Source: Eledone cirrhosa (taxonomy: Eukaryota). From it: 64,000 bases of DNA. Made by a program: the position numbers and the translations under genes. Positions 11,065-24,362 of this stretch are shown here, in pieces. The notes below the pieces were generated by a model. The model ran no database searches. It was not told the DNA's origin and saw only the letters and a program-made list of their open reading frames with translations. Where the stretch lies: the NCBI GenBank assembly GCA_964016885.1, contig OZ024741.1, positions 332,320,001-332,384,000 of the forward strand, written 5' to 3'. Within the stretch, counting starts at the first letter, position 1; the number at the start of each line of letters is the position of its first letter.

Positions 11065-13489
11065 CATCATCATCACCGTTTTACGTCCGTTCTTCCACGC
11101 TAGCATGGGTTAGACGGGTTGTCCTGTTGTGGGCAGTGTCTGGTCGGCTGACCATGCCTTGCTCATACAGGAACTGATCTGGCTTGATTTCTACAGCTGG
11201 ATGCCCTTCCTAACACCAACCTCATTTACAGTGAGTGCTGGGTGCTTTTTCGTGGCGCCTACACGTCCACTTTACAGTGTGGGCTGGGTGCTTTTTTGCC
11301 GTGGCACCTCCACGACCACCTTGCGGTGGGGGGAGTGGGGGCATATTGTTTATATGCTTCAGCATGTACCCATGGGAGGTCGGGTACCCTGTATTACTGC
11401 GTGACGCCAGAAGTCACGGTCGTGTGTCATTGTCTTTGAGAGGTGTAGTTGGGTAAGGTCGGCTTTTATCACCTCATCCCAAGTCATCTTGGGTCTCCCC
11501 ACTCCGCGGTTTCCATCAACTTCTAGTGCTCTGCACCTTTTTATGCAGCTGTCATCCTTCATACGCATCACATGTCCATACCAGCGTAACCGCCTCTCCT
11601 GCACGCAGCATTTGATTCCTCTTATGCTCAGTCTCTCTCTCAATTCCTTTATGCTTTGTTGTTCACGTATATTACTGTTACACATCCATCGGAGCATGCA
11701 GGCTTCGTTTCTCTCTAATCTACGTAAGTCTTCCACCTTCAGCGCCCAGGTCTCACTACCATGCAACATCGCTGTTCGGATACACGCATCATACAGTCTG
11801 CCTTTCATTCTGAGGGAGAAGCCTTTTGCAGCTAGCAGTGGTAGTAGTTCCCTAAACTTCTTCCATCCCGTTCTTACCCTAGTTATTGTACTTTCTGAGC
11901 ACCCACCTCCGTTGCTAATTCGGTCACCTAGGTAGCAGAAGCTGTCTACTGTTTCTACAGGGCCCTCCCAGAGATTGGTGGTACTTGTTTCCTGTGGCTG
12001 TTTGCTTGCTGTTTCAGCACAGCTGCTGCATGTGAATCTTACATTCTTAATTAAGCTTCCTGAGATCCCGCTACATCTCTTGTGTACCCATTGTTTGCAT
12101 TTGGGGCAGAGAATGGAGTTCCTACCTACACCTTTCCTACATACTGAGCAAGGCCATTTCCCTGAGGGGATCTGGGTTCTGTTTTCTCGTCTACTTACAA
12201 GGACCTTAGTCTTTGTCATGTTGACTTTGAGGCCCTTTCTCTCTAGTCCCTGCTTCCAGGTTTGGAATTTATTCTCTAGTTCTACCATAGATTCAGCTAT
12301 GAGTGCGAGGTCATCAGCATACAGGAGTTCCCATGGGCATCCGGTCTTAAACTCCTCCGTTATTGCCTGCAGGACTATGATGAACAGGAGAGGGTTAAGA
12401 ACAGAGCCCTGGTGGACCCCAACCTGTACGCTAAATTCCTCGCTATACTCATTGCTAATCCTAACTTTGCTGACTGCTTCCCTATACATGGCTTGTACCA
12501 CTTTCACAAGCCATTCATCTACTCTTAGTTTTCTAAGAGCCCACCAGATTACTGCACGTGGAACTCTGTCAAAGGCTTTCTCAAGGTCGACAAATGCCAA
12601 GTAGAGTGGCTTACTTTTAGCTAGATACTTTTCCTGTAATTGCCTCACAAGGAAGAGGGCATCAGTGGTGCCTCTCCCTGGTACAAACCCAAATTGCATC
12701 TCGTCTATATTCACCCGGTCCTAATCAGCTGTGCTATAACTCTTTCTGTTACTTTCATGACCTGGTCCATCAACTTTATACCTCTATAGTTTCCTCTATC
12801 TAGTGCATCGCCTTTACCTTTGTAGCAGTTGACAATGATGCTACTGCACCATTCTTTTGGTATGGCCCCTTCTAGTATTACCTGGTTAACGATACGTGTG
12901 GTTATAGTGTGACCTACAGACCCAGATGCCTTCAGCATCTCGGCAGCTATACCCGATGGACCGGTTGCCTTCCCCATCTTCATATCTCTGATTGCCTTAC
13001 TTACTACGCTGCCGCTGACTTGTACTGCTGGTCCCTCTATAGGGTCTACCTGGGGTAGGGTCTCTTCTTCCCATGCATTCTCCTCATTTAGTAATCTATC
13101 ATAATGACTCTTCCATGCATCTTTCTTCTCAGCACTTGTGAGGGCAAGCTCAACTTTATCATTCCGGATACACTTCTCTCCAATGACATCACAACTATCT
13201 CTGACACACTGCCTCGTAATCTTGAATACCTCCTGTTTCTGGTCCTCACGTTGTAAAACATGCTTGAATTTTCTATCCTCTGCTTCCCTCCTAGCTAAGT
13301 ATACTTGTCGCCTAGCTTCCCTCTTGGTCTCTATGTAATGTACCCTGCTCCCCCCGTTCTTCCATTCTTTCCATGCCTGTCTCTTGGCCTTGACTGCTTC
13401 ATCTACCTTATTGTTCCACCACCAAGTCACTCTCCTCCTGCTTGAGGTCTTACTCCAGCCACAAACCTCATCCGTCGCCTCTAGTAAGT
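11065..13489 (-). mobile_element. 5'-truncated RTE LINE (RT, one frameshift near 12712)
   Basis: ORFs 12711-13430 and 11359-12714 contain NYRGIKL, QFGF, FVDLEKAFDRV, GVHQGSVL, YADD, YLG and RLRWYGHV. (TGA)n tail and candidate TSD TATGGGT at 11058-11064 / 13490-13496. Confidence 0.95.
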
Positions 13490-14060
13490 TATGGGTGTAG
13501 ATATATATATGTATATATATATATATATATATATGGGTGTATATATATGTATATATACATATATATATGGGTATATATGTATATATATATATATATATGT
13601 GTATGTGTGTGTATGTGTGAATATGTGTGTATGTGTGTATGTGTGTATATGTGTGTATGTATAAATGTGTGTATATGTGTGTATGTTAATGTGTTTATAT
13701 ACATGTTTAAATTTGCATATACATACACACACATGTACGTACACACATACATACACAAACATAAATCTCAGAGTGAATGAAGAAGAGAGACATCATCATC
13801 ATCATGATTGTATGTAAACATATTTCTCCATACCTGTATATAGCTATATAAGTATATTAAGTTAGAATTTACAGAAAGCTGCTTAAATGTTTTTATACAT
13901 TCTGCATTCTCTTTGCTTTCTAGCTTAGACATAAAGTGCAACTTTCTTTCATAATTCACTTTTAGATTTCTTGGAATAATTCAGCATCCTTAGTTTGCTT
14001 TTACTGTACTACTTATTCTGTGTTGACCTCAGTTTTCATACCAACCATACTTTTCAATAT

Positions 14061-14220
14061 AGGTGGCAAATAGCAAGGTTGTTAGAACATTGGAGAGAAT
14101 GCTTTGCTGTATTTGTTTTGGGTCCCTACTCTCTGAGTTCAAATCCTGCCAAGGTTATCTTTGCCTTTCATCCATTCAAGGTCAACAAAAGAAAGTATTG
14201 GTCTAGTTCTGAGATCGATC
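14061..14220 (+). mobile_element. tRNA-derived SINE (diverged)
   Basis: GGTGGCAAATAGCAAGG..GAGTTCAAATCCTGCCAAGG..GCCTTTCATCC. Confidence 0.65.
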
Positions 14221-14358
14221 CTTCCTCTATATTTCTTTCTCACTTCCTTTCTCTCTCTTTATCCTTCTCTGGAAGAAATCTGCTGTATTCAGACCTGGAG
14301 AGGAGATGGGCTCTCTCAGATTTTAAAAACAAATGCCCTAGAAAATGCCATATATTAA

Positions 14359-14569
14359 CCCTTTAGCATTTAAACCAGCCGTATCCGGCCAGAATTCTCT
14401 CACATCTTTCTGTTCAAATTTGTTGCAACCAACCTCTCATATTGACATTAAGATATTGTCCTCAAAATAAATGATATCAAAATCTCATAGATTCAATATC
14501 ATGTGAGATAAATATGTGAGATAAAGCCTTTACCACGGAAATATATAGAGTAATGTAAATGCTAAAGGG
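14359..14569. mobile_element. piggyBac-like MITE
   Basis: TTAA|CCCTTTAGCATTTA ... TAAATGCTAAAGGG|TTAA. Confidence 0.8.
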
Positions 14570-14982
14570 TTAATATGGCACTCGTACAACTAACTCCCTA
14601 GGAAGTTACGAGAAAAAACAAACATACTTTTCAATAAAGGTGGCAAACTGGCAAGGTTATTAGAATATCCGATATAGTGTTTTGTGGTATTTTTTTGTCC
14701 TGGCTTTCTTGCTCCATGTTCAAATTCTGTCCTCTTTGCCTTTCATAATTTTGAGACCAATAAATTATCACTGTAGTACAATACTAGGGTTGTTTTTTCT
14801 TCCATCTCTCTCTTTCTCTGCTTGCTTGCCTGCCTCTCTCTCCCTCTCTCTCTCTCTCTCTGCCTTCCTGACTCTCACTTTCTCTCTCTCTGCTTTCCTG
14901 CCCCTCACTCTCTCATCAGCTATGTTCAGACCTGAAAAAGGGACTAGGTTCCACCATGTTTTGATATATGGTAAAAGACATA

Positions 14983-15300
14983 CCGTATTATATCACAACA
15001 GTACCCGCCTTTCAATACCAACATTAGTTTGGGGGTCCATGACATAGCATACTTTTGTACTTTCAACTTGACTTACAAAATATAACATAACTCCATATTG
15101 TTCTGTTGAAATTCAAAGGAAGTATTATTGTTTAAATATACAGCACAACACATGCCATATTATATTACAACAGTGCTCCCTTTCAATACCAACAGTAGTT
15201 TGGGGGTCCATGACATAGCATACTTTCGTACTTTCAACTTAACCTACAAAATATAATATAGCTATATATTGTTCTGTTGAAATTCAAAGGAAATATTATT
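14983..15300 (+). repeat. Tandem duplication, period ~173 bp
   Basis: CCTTTCAATACCAACA..GGGGTCCATGACATAGCATACTTT..GTTGAAATTCAAAGGAA occurs twice. Confidence 0.85.
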
Positions 15301-18000
15301 CTCTCTCTCACTCTCTCTTTCTCTTTCTCAAACAATGATATTTCTATTTCCTTCCATGTATTTGGGCGATAACAACAAGATAACTAACTAACTATTCTGT
15401 CTCCACTATTTCATTTCTTCCATGTGATGTGCCTTTCTTCTCTGTTCTTTTTCTTTCTTTGCTTTGCTATTTCTCATTATTCGTATTCTGTGGAGTTTTC
15501 ATTGTTTTGGACCTGCCACATACACTTGTTCACCTGCACCTCCATCCGGTTGCCTATGGCTGCTGTCATTTCTGCTTCTGCTTTTCTGCTTTTACAGAGG
15601 AGAACAGAAAGAAATGAAAGCTGTTTCTGCTGAAAGAAAATAAAATATTTTCTAATGCGATGATGTTTGTTTGATAAGGTTCTAAAGGAAAAAATAAAGA
15701 AACTTACACAGAAAGCAGAAAACAAAAACACTATGAATGAATAATTGGAATGTGTTGCTAATCTGGTGGATACACCTTAGGGGTTTTAGAGCAAAAGACA
15801 AGGTTTTTCTAGCCATATTTTGCTATTCATAACATATATTATCGATTGAATGGATGGATGTGAAATGACAAAACTATAGACCTCCTAATTAGCCTTACAC
15901 TGCAACTATTCTGTAATACTGTAACAAAGAATTTTATAGACTATAGTAAATTTTTTATTTATTCTATTTTGTACATATAAACACAATTTATGTAATATAT
16001 ATATATAATGAATATGAAATATTCAAAAGAAACAAATCAATAGAAATCAATCAAAGAAAAAGAAAGTAGCATTGCAAAAGATTATAAATGCGAGGAAAAG
16101 GGGGAAAGGGCAATTATTATTAACTGAGGAAAGGAGGAGTGAAGAAGAGAGAGTGACAGATTCTACATCTAAGCCGGAGTGGTGTTTTGGCTGCACCCCC
16201 AGACAAAATGGCAAAGGTATTTCCGCAGACAATGGCCAGTGACACCCACTGCAACAAAAGTGATTGTAAGTGATTGTGTTAAACATGTTATTCCTTGTGT
16301 AATTCATGACAGTATAAAGATATGGAAGCTGTACAATGGAATGTTACTGGGAGTAAATTGGTAGAGATGTTGGGGGAGTTGGATTTAAGACCCTCTCTGT
16401 ATTTGTTTAACCCACCTCATTGCACTTATCAGTTCAAATCCTGCTAAAGTCAACTTTATCTTTCATCATTTCAGAGTTGATAAAGTTAAGTATTAGGCCA
16501 GTACTCTCTCTCACTCTCTCTCTCACTCTCTCACTCTCGCTCTCTCACTCTCTCACTCTCTCACTCACTCTCTCTCTCTCTCTCTCTCTGATAATAATGG
16601 TGAAGATGATGATATTGATGGTTGATGTTATGATAGTGATGATGATTGTGATGTTGGTGATGATGATGACAATAATGGTGAAGATGATTATGGAGATGAT
16701 GATTCTTAGAAACATTTAGCAATATTCAATAGACCAGTTATTTCCAACTCCCCTAACTACACTGTAATTACCTCAGCTATAAATAAATTCTAAATAAATA
16801 ATATTCCATATTTTATGAATTCTTATCCATCCTCTCCCTTCTCATAACAGTCCATTCCATAGCGTTTCCAATGATATATAGTGTGAAGAAGATGATGCCA
16901 TTGTCAGACCTGATTCTATTGCTTTCTCTCCAACAAGATATTCAATCAATCATCGTGTGATTCCCTGTCAAAATCTTCTTCCCATTGAGCTAACTGTGTC
17001 ACCGAATTAAGGTTTAGTTAATCTATGGAACGCATGAATGGCGAAGGTATCAAAGCATGGAATTTTGATTAAAAGCTATCATGTTTGCAAATCACAACCT
17101 GAAATATTCAATTCAAAAGGAGATTTTAATTAAAAATTATTGAAATTTGGTGTATTTGGTGTACAGGGAAATATGGCAGTGAGCAGAAAGATTATAGCAG
17201 AATATATTATGGTGGGAATAGTGAACTGTAAACTATAGATTAAAGTGATAATGGTATGAATGATGGTAAGTATGATGGTAGCATGTGATGTACTGGGAGA
17301 AGACCATGGTGATGTTTCAATTGACTTCTCTACAACAATTAACTATAAAATCTATCCTTTGGTGGTGGGGAAAGGGGTTGAACCACAGCTACAACCACTA
17401 TTACCATCACTATCATTACCACTGCCACCACCATCACCAGCAATACCGCCACTGCCATTACCAGCACCACTTCGACCACCACCACCATCACCAATACTAT
17501 TATCAACCCCACCTAATGACTGTGAAGTAAACTTAACCATTTGATTATGTTGCACCCATCCTATATACATTCCATTCTATCTTCTCATGACCCACCCAAA
17601 TATTGCCACACCACCACTGGTTGGGCATGCATGCAGGGCCAGATTTTCACCTAACCTATATGAAATTTGTGGTCCTGACATTTGATGATTTTAGTGTTAA
17701 ACTAATGATAGAATCTTTTCTTAAAATAAGGCCCCAATGGTGTGTGACCCTAAGCTATAGCTTATTTAGCTTATAGGCAAGTCATATACTGAGACCCCCA
17801 AGGGTGTGTAGCCCTATGCTTTAGTTTATAGGTAAGTCCAGCATCTTGAGAAACAAATATGTAGAAACTCCTGTTATTTCATTGCTTGCTGTTTGTTGTT
17901 TTTCTTTTTCTCTTTTATTTTTATTTTTATTCCTGTTAAGCATCTAGTCTGGTGCTCTCCCTTCACTCCTATTTACACTGCTCCAGTCTGTGTAACAATT

Positions 18001-18036
<36 letters not shown>

Positions 18037-18719
18037 TTTAGTCAGGGAGGGAAGAGCAGTGCCTGTGAGTTGACCCCTTTCGGGATCTCTGAGACTGGTA
18101 GGATGGTGGAAGGATGGTATCCTCAAAGCAAAGACCCAGCTCGAATACATGCAGCAGAGTGGACTCCACTAAAGACACCCAAAAGTCAGGTGGTGGTGTT
18201 AAACCAAGTGATGGATTAAGTCTACCACCCAAGTTGGTCACAGTTGGTTTTGAACTCAGAACGCAAAGAGCTGGAACAAACACCACAAGGCATCTTGTCT
18301 GATGCTCTAACAGTTCTGCCAATCCATAACTCTGGAATGGGTACTTTATTTTCTTAACACCTCACTTCTGATCCCTGAAAAGAAAAGGATGAAAGGGATC
18401 CATCAGGATATTACTGATCCTCAAAGTTGTTAACTTCAGCAGAATTTGAACTTATTTCATTTAACACAGTTGAGTTTCTGCCATTCAGATATTAAACTGG
18501 AAACCTTAGTCCAGAGCTCTACTAATATTATAACTGCTGCTGTTACTGGTGCTGCTGGTGCTACTGCTAGTGGTGGTGGTGCTGCTCTTGGTATTACACA
18601 TACAGATATTCTAGATTACATCCTCACTGAAACAGCTACTCAACAGACTGGCATGAAATGACCCACTCATATATTTCAACTTCTGGCCCACAGATAAGCT
18701 GTTACCTCATTCTTATTGC

Positions 18720-19090
18720 CACAATAGTTACCTCTACTTCTCAAAGTTGCTTCATCTTGATCTGCCTTTCCTACTGCCACTACAGTGATTTCTCAAAGCT
18801 GCTTGATTTTGAGCTGCCTTTCCTATTACAACTACAGTGAGTTCTCAAAGCTATTTGATCTTGATCTACCTTTCCTACTACCACTACAGTGACCTCTACT
18901 TCTCAAAGCTGCTTGATTTTGAGTTGCCTTTCTTATTGCCACTACAGTGATTTCTCAAAGCTGCTTCATCTTGATCTGCCTTTCCTACTGCCATTACAGT
19001 GATTTTATTTCTCAAAGCTATTTGATCTTGAGCTGCCATTCCTACTACAACTACAATGACATTTGCTTCTCAAAACTGCTAGATCTTGTG
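18720..19090 (+). repeat. Degenerate ~50-60-bp minisatellite
   Basis: Unit ~CAGTGATTTCTCAAAGCTGCTTGATCTTGATCTGCCTTTCCTACTGCCACTA, about 7 copies. Confidence 0.8.
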
Positions 19091-19434
19091 CTACCTCTAC
19101 ATAGATCCAGCCAACTGACTTGTGAGTCCTCCATTCATCAATCAAAGTTTTCCATACACACCTTTTCATCCTCCAGCCCCTACATCAACTACTTTTTTTG
19201 GTCCTTTCTTGTCATGGTATTGTCTCTCTCCTTTCCATGGTTTTTCATGCATCTGTTAAAAAAAAGTATCAACTGCATCAATCTCTCCAATATCAAAGGA
19301 CCTGTGACGTCTATAAGCTTAGCTTCTTCCCACAGACAAAATCATTAAAAAACAAAAAGAAGAGATTTTACAAATGCACCTCACAAAAAAATCATGTAAA
19401 ATTCATATACAGCTAACAATATAATGAATGTTTT

Positions 19435-19750
19435 GGAGTTGTACTTGTAATGCAAGTGACTTGATCTGAGACTGTGTATCAAAAATAAAACAAATACTGT
19501 GTGGAAGAGTTATTTTAGCCATATAAAAACGCATACAAACTGTAAACTTTACTTTATGAATACCATTTACTTCCTGGTGTCAACATTTTGTATATTTGGG
19601 AGTTGTACCTTTCTGGCTAGTGACTTGATCTGAGACCGTGTGTTGAAACTAAGATATTTACTACAAGGAAGAGTAATGTTAACTATTTAAAAAAAAACAC
19701 AAACTGATAACTTTACTTTATAAATATCATTAATTTCTTGATACCAAAAT
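19435..19750 (+). repeat. Diverged tandem duplication, period ~164 bp
   Basis: GGAGTTGTAC..AGTGACTTGATCTGAGAC..ACTTTACTTTAT occurs twice. Confidence 0.7.
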
Positions 19751-19836
19751 TTTCATTGCACTATCTGCAACCTGGTCACTGAGACAATTCTACTGCAATA
19801 GAATGTATCATTCTTGTAGAAAAATGTGTATATCTT

Positions 19837-19872
<36 letters not shown>

Positions 19873-20327
19873 TGTGATGATAATTGTTGTTGTTGTTGTT
19901 TTTGTTGTTTAGCCTCACATCAGGCCTTATGGAGCCAACCTATAATTGAAGGTACTCCAGCCATGACAAATTTATATTTTTAGGAAGATCTTGAACTACT
20001 TGAAGCAGAGTTATTTGGAGTCAAAATTGAAAGGTTTGCTGTATTTGTTACGTTTCTATGCATTCAGAAGTTCAAATCACACTGGGCTCAACTTAGTATT
20101 TCTTACTCTCAAGATCGATAAAGTACCAGTCCAATAGTGGGAATCTAGTATAATTTTCACATGCTTTTTAAAAATATTTAACGGTTCAAAGCACTTAGCC
20201 AGTTTTTAGGAGATTTGAGGTGTGTTTCCTTGTAGCGGCTGATGGCAACTTCTTTTTCCATTTTTAACGGTCTTCACACTATTTTTAAAGCTATCTTATA
20301 TCATCTGTGCGCATGAACACACCATGC

Positions 20328-20368
<41 letters not shown>

Positions 20369-21031
20369 CTCACACTTTCTTTCACTCAGGAAGAAATTTT
20401 CTGTAGTCAAATTTTATAAGCAATGAATTTCACCAGGTTTAAATGCTTCAAAAACATGTTGTATATGATGATAGCACCCTTAAGACTACATAAGAAATTA
20501 AGGGATCAGTAATGATGATGAATATGAGAACTTTATCTTATGTGTCTTTCACCCTTTTAAGACAATAGTGGGGAGGATGGGGTTGCAAAGTGATTTGAAA
20601 ATGTTTTGGCTGCTGTTTACATCCAGACAAGCAATCATAGAGAGGTTTCCTTTCTTAGCTCACAGTGATGGTTGAGAAATTGAAGGAGAATCTAGAGTGT
20701 TTATTATTGAATCTTTGAAATTTTCATAAGTTTTCAAGACATTAATAAGCAAAAGCACATGGTAGCACCCCCACCCCCCATACACACAAATTGAAGAGAG
20801 TAACTTATATTTGAAGGAAGAAAAAGACATAAAAAATCCACTACCATCACTACCAATATCAGTGCTGCTAGTACAAAGAATATTTCATGTATATATATAT
20901 ATACAGATATACATATATATATATATATATAGATATGTGTATATATATATATATATGTGTGTGTGTATATGTGTATGTATATATATATGTATATGTGTGT
21001 GTATATGTGTATGTATATATATATATATATA

Positions 21032-21080
<49 letters not shown>

Positions 21081-21117
21081 ATATGTGTATGTATATATAT
21101 ATATATGTGTGTGTGTG

Positions 21118-21177
<60 letters not shown>

Positions 21178-21585
21178 TATACATACATTTGTGTGTGGGG
21201 GATTTTATACATTAGGCTCTGATATACAGCCTGCCTCAGCAAAGGTTATGTTCAAATGGAAAATGATGGCGCATATTTGACTCATTATGGATGAGGAATG
21301 AGGAATGAGGAAAGTATGTATGTATTTATGTCTCTCTCTCTCTTGCTATATATATATATATATATATATATGTATAAATATTTATATATATGCTTATGCA
21401 TGCATACACACACACACATATATATATATATACTGTATATATATACATACATATATATATTATATATATACATATATATATTATTTATATATATATACAT
21501 ACATATATATATATATATACTGTATATATACATATATATATTATTTATGTATATATACATACATATATATATTATTTATATATAT

Positions 21586-21616
<31 letters not shown>

Positions 21617-22442
21617 CTGTATATATACATACATATATTATATATATATATATATATACCGTATATATACATACATATATTATATATATACATATATATA
21701 TTATTTATATATATATACATACATATATATATTATTTATATATATATACATACATATATATATTAAATATATATATATATACACTTATACATACACACAT
21801 TCAAATAAAACAAATTATTAAAAAAAAAGGTGATTACTAATATTTTGTACAGCTTATGAAAATTAATAATTTCCAGTATGTTTCTATTATTTAATGTAAT
21901 CAATATATATATATATCCATACATTTGTGTGTGTACATATATATATATATTTGAAAAAACTGACATAATTTCATTGAATCTGAACAGAAGATGAATGAAA
22001 ACTGATGAAAAAAAAAAAAATGGCGGGGAGCAACATTTATTGAAATTTGGAAAAAATAATAATAAAAAACTATTCATAAATAATGAAATAAATTATGAAT
22101 ACAAATATGTAAAATTGAAAGAAAATAAAAAATAAATAAAAGACTAATGAATTTTTCTTTCTTTAACCTTTTATCTAAATATCTTTCATGTAATATCTCT
22201 TCTGTATAGGATCAAGAGATTGTAAGGGTTAGGGGGTAAGTGGGAACCACAATGAATTTAGAAATTATCTATTGTTTTTATTTTTGTAAAATTCATTATA
22301 TTGTGTATTATATATTTATTGTATATGTATATATGTATATAGTATGTGTATATTTACATGTATATATATATAGTGTGTATATATATATATATATATAGTG
22401 TGTATATATATATAGTATGTGTGTATATATATATATATATAG

Positions 22443-22520
<78 letters not shown>

Positions 22521-22929
22521 TGTATCTGTATATATATATATATTTATTGTGTATATATATAGTATGTGTATATATATATAGTATGTGTATATATATATAG
22601 TATGTGTATATATATATAGTATGTGTATATATAGTATGTGTATATATATATAGTATGTGTATATATATATAGTATGTGTATATATATAGTATGTATATAT
22701 ATATAGTATGTATGTATATATATTGTATGTGTGTATATATATTGTATGTGTATATATATATAGTATGTGTGTATATATATATATATATATAGTATGTATG
22801 TATAAATATATATATATAGTATGTGTATCTATAGTATGTATGTATGTATGTATAAATATATATATATAGTATGTGTATCTATAGTATGTATGTATGTATA
22901 TATATATAGCATGTATATATATATATATA

Positions 22930-23225
22930 GTTAATATATGTAAAGTTATGTTGGTACCACAATATCCAGTCCGAAACAAATAAGGTCGTGTAGGTGTCAC
23001 GACAAAAAAACACACAGTCCACGCTGTAATGTGGCCGTGTAGGTAACACGGTAAAAACCTCCCAGTCCACACTGTAAACGTGGTTGGTGTTAGGAAGGGC
23101 ATCCAGCCATAGAAAACCCGCCAGACAGTCCTATGCGAGCAAGACAACCACTCTTGCCTCAAGTGGGAAAACTCCCGACCAAACCCATGCAAGTGTGGAA
23201 GATGGACGTTAAACGATGATGATGA
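22930..23225 (+). mobile_element. RTE LINE 3' UTR fragment in microsatellite
   Basis: GTTAGGAAGGGCATCCAGC..GGACGTTAAAC(GAT)n. Confidence 0.85.
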
Positions 23226-23539
23226 TATAGTATGTATGTATATATATATAGTATGTATGTATATATATATAGCATGTATATATATATATATATTATGTAT
23301 GTATACATATATAGTATGTATATATATATATATATAGTATGTAGATAAATCTACCAAGAGTTTACGGTAGTGTCCAATCCGTATGAAGAACTCAATGTAT
23401 TCCGGATATCATGGAAAGAAGAGATGTAATGAAAAATCACTTTCGGTGAAAGATAAACGGTATACAGAGTCAAGATAAAATATTAAACAAATAATGAATA
23501 AAACAATGAAACAGTTCCTTATATTAAACAAAAAAAGTT

Positions 23540-23690
23540 CATTATTTAACGATCGTTTCTAGGATATATATGTGTTAGAATTGGCATGCATATTCAACAG
23601 ATCTATGTACAAAATTATACAAAATTATACAAACTATCAAGATTAAATATACATACCAAACACACATATACGCCGTCTTCAGAAATAATG
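23540..23690 (-). ncRNA. Hammerhead ribozyme with extended stem II (inverted copy of 30061-30211)
   Basis: Reverse complement of 30061-30211. Confidence 0.75.
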
Positions 23691-24306
23691 AAATATATTT
23701 ATTGATAATAACAACAATTCAAAATTTCAGGTCCGTTTGGGAACAAAATTGACCAATGAAAATACAAAAGGTTTTATGCAGTATGGTGTGTGTATATACA
23801 TGTAACTACCCCGTACACATATTTATACAAAGATGTATGCTCAACATGCATACGCATGCCAAAAAGATGCATGCAAATACAAAATTTCAAGGTTAATGTC
23901 TCTGTAAGTTTATAATGCACAGATAAGATGCGTATAGACACATAAATATGAAATAAGTGTATACACATATTCTCATACTCACACATATCCGTACACTCAC
24001 ACACACGCGCGCGTATATGCATAAACATACACATAATTACGAACATACATACACCCCCCCCCCCCACACATATATATGTGGATATAATATTATCATAAGC
24101 ACATGGATATTAATTCACTCACATAAACACTGCCACACACATTTAGATCAAGATACAGAAATTAGGTGGGAGGGGGGGAGAGGTCAGTATTCAACGGTTT
24201 GGGCAGACTGCTTATTTATAGATGTATCTATAAACTAAGAAATAAAAAATAAAAATTAAAAAGGAAAGAAAAGAAAAAGAAAAAAGAAATATATCAAGAA
24301 AATATA

Positions 24307-24357
<51 letters not shown>

Positions 24358-24362
<5 letters not shown>

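Noticed and set aside
11489-12604. Plus-strand ORFs overlapping the RTEs (also 34149-34964 and 44896-46311)
   Set aside because: They are antisense shadows of RT coding sequence.
17260-17570. Pro-, His- or Gly-rich ORFs
   Set aside because: They come from a (CAC/CAT)n trinucleotide low-complexity tract.
18003-18215. Poly-T plus AG as acceptor of the next protocadherin exon
   Set aside because: The peptide has no recognisable protocadherin cytoplasmic motif, and the T run is equally explained as the poly-A tail of a minus-strand retroposon next to a SINE head. It cannot be supported without RNA data.
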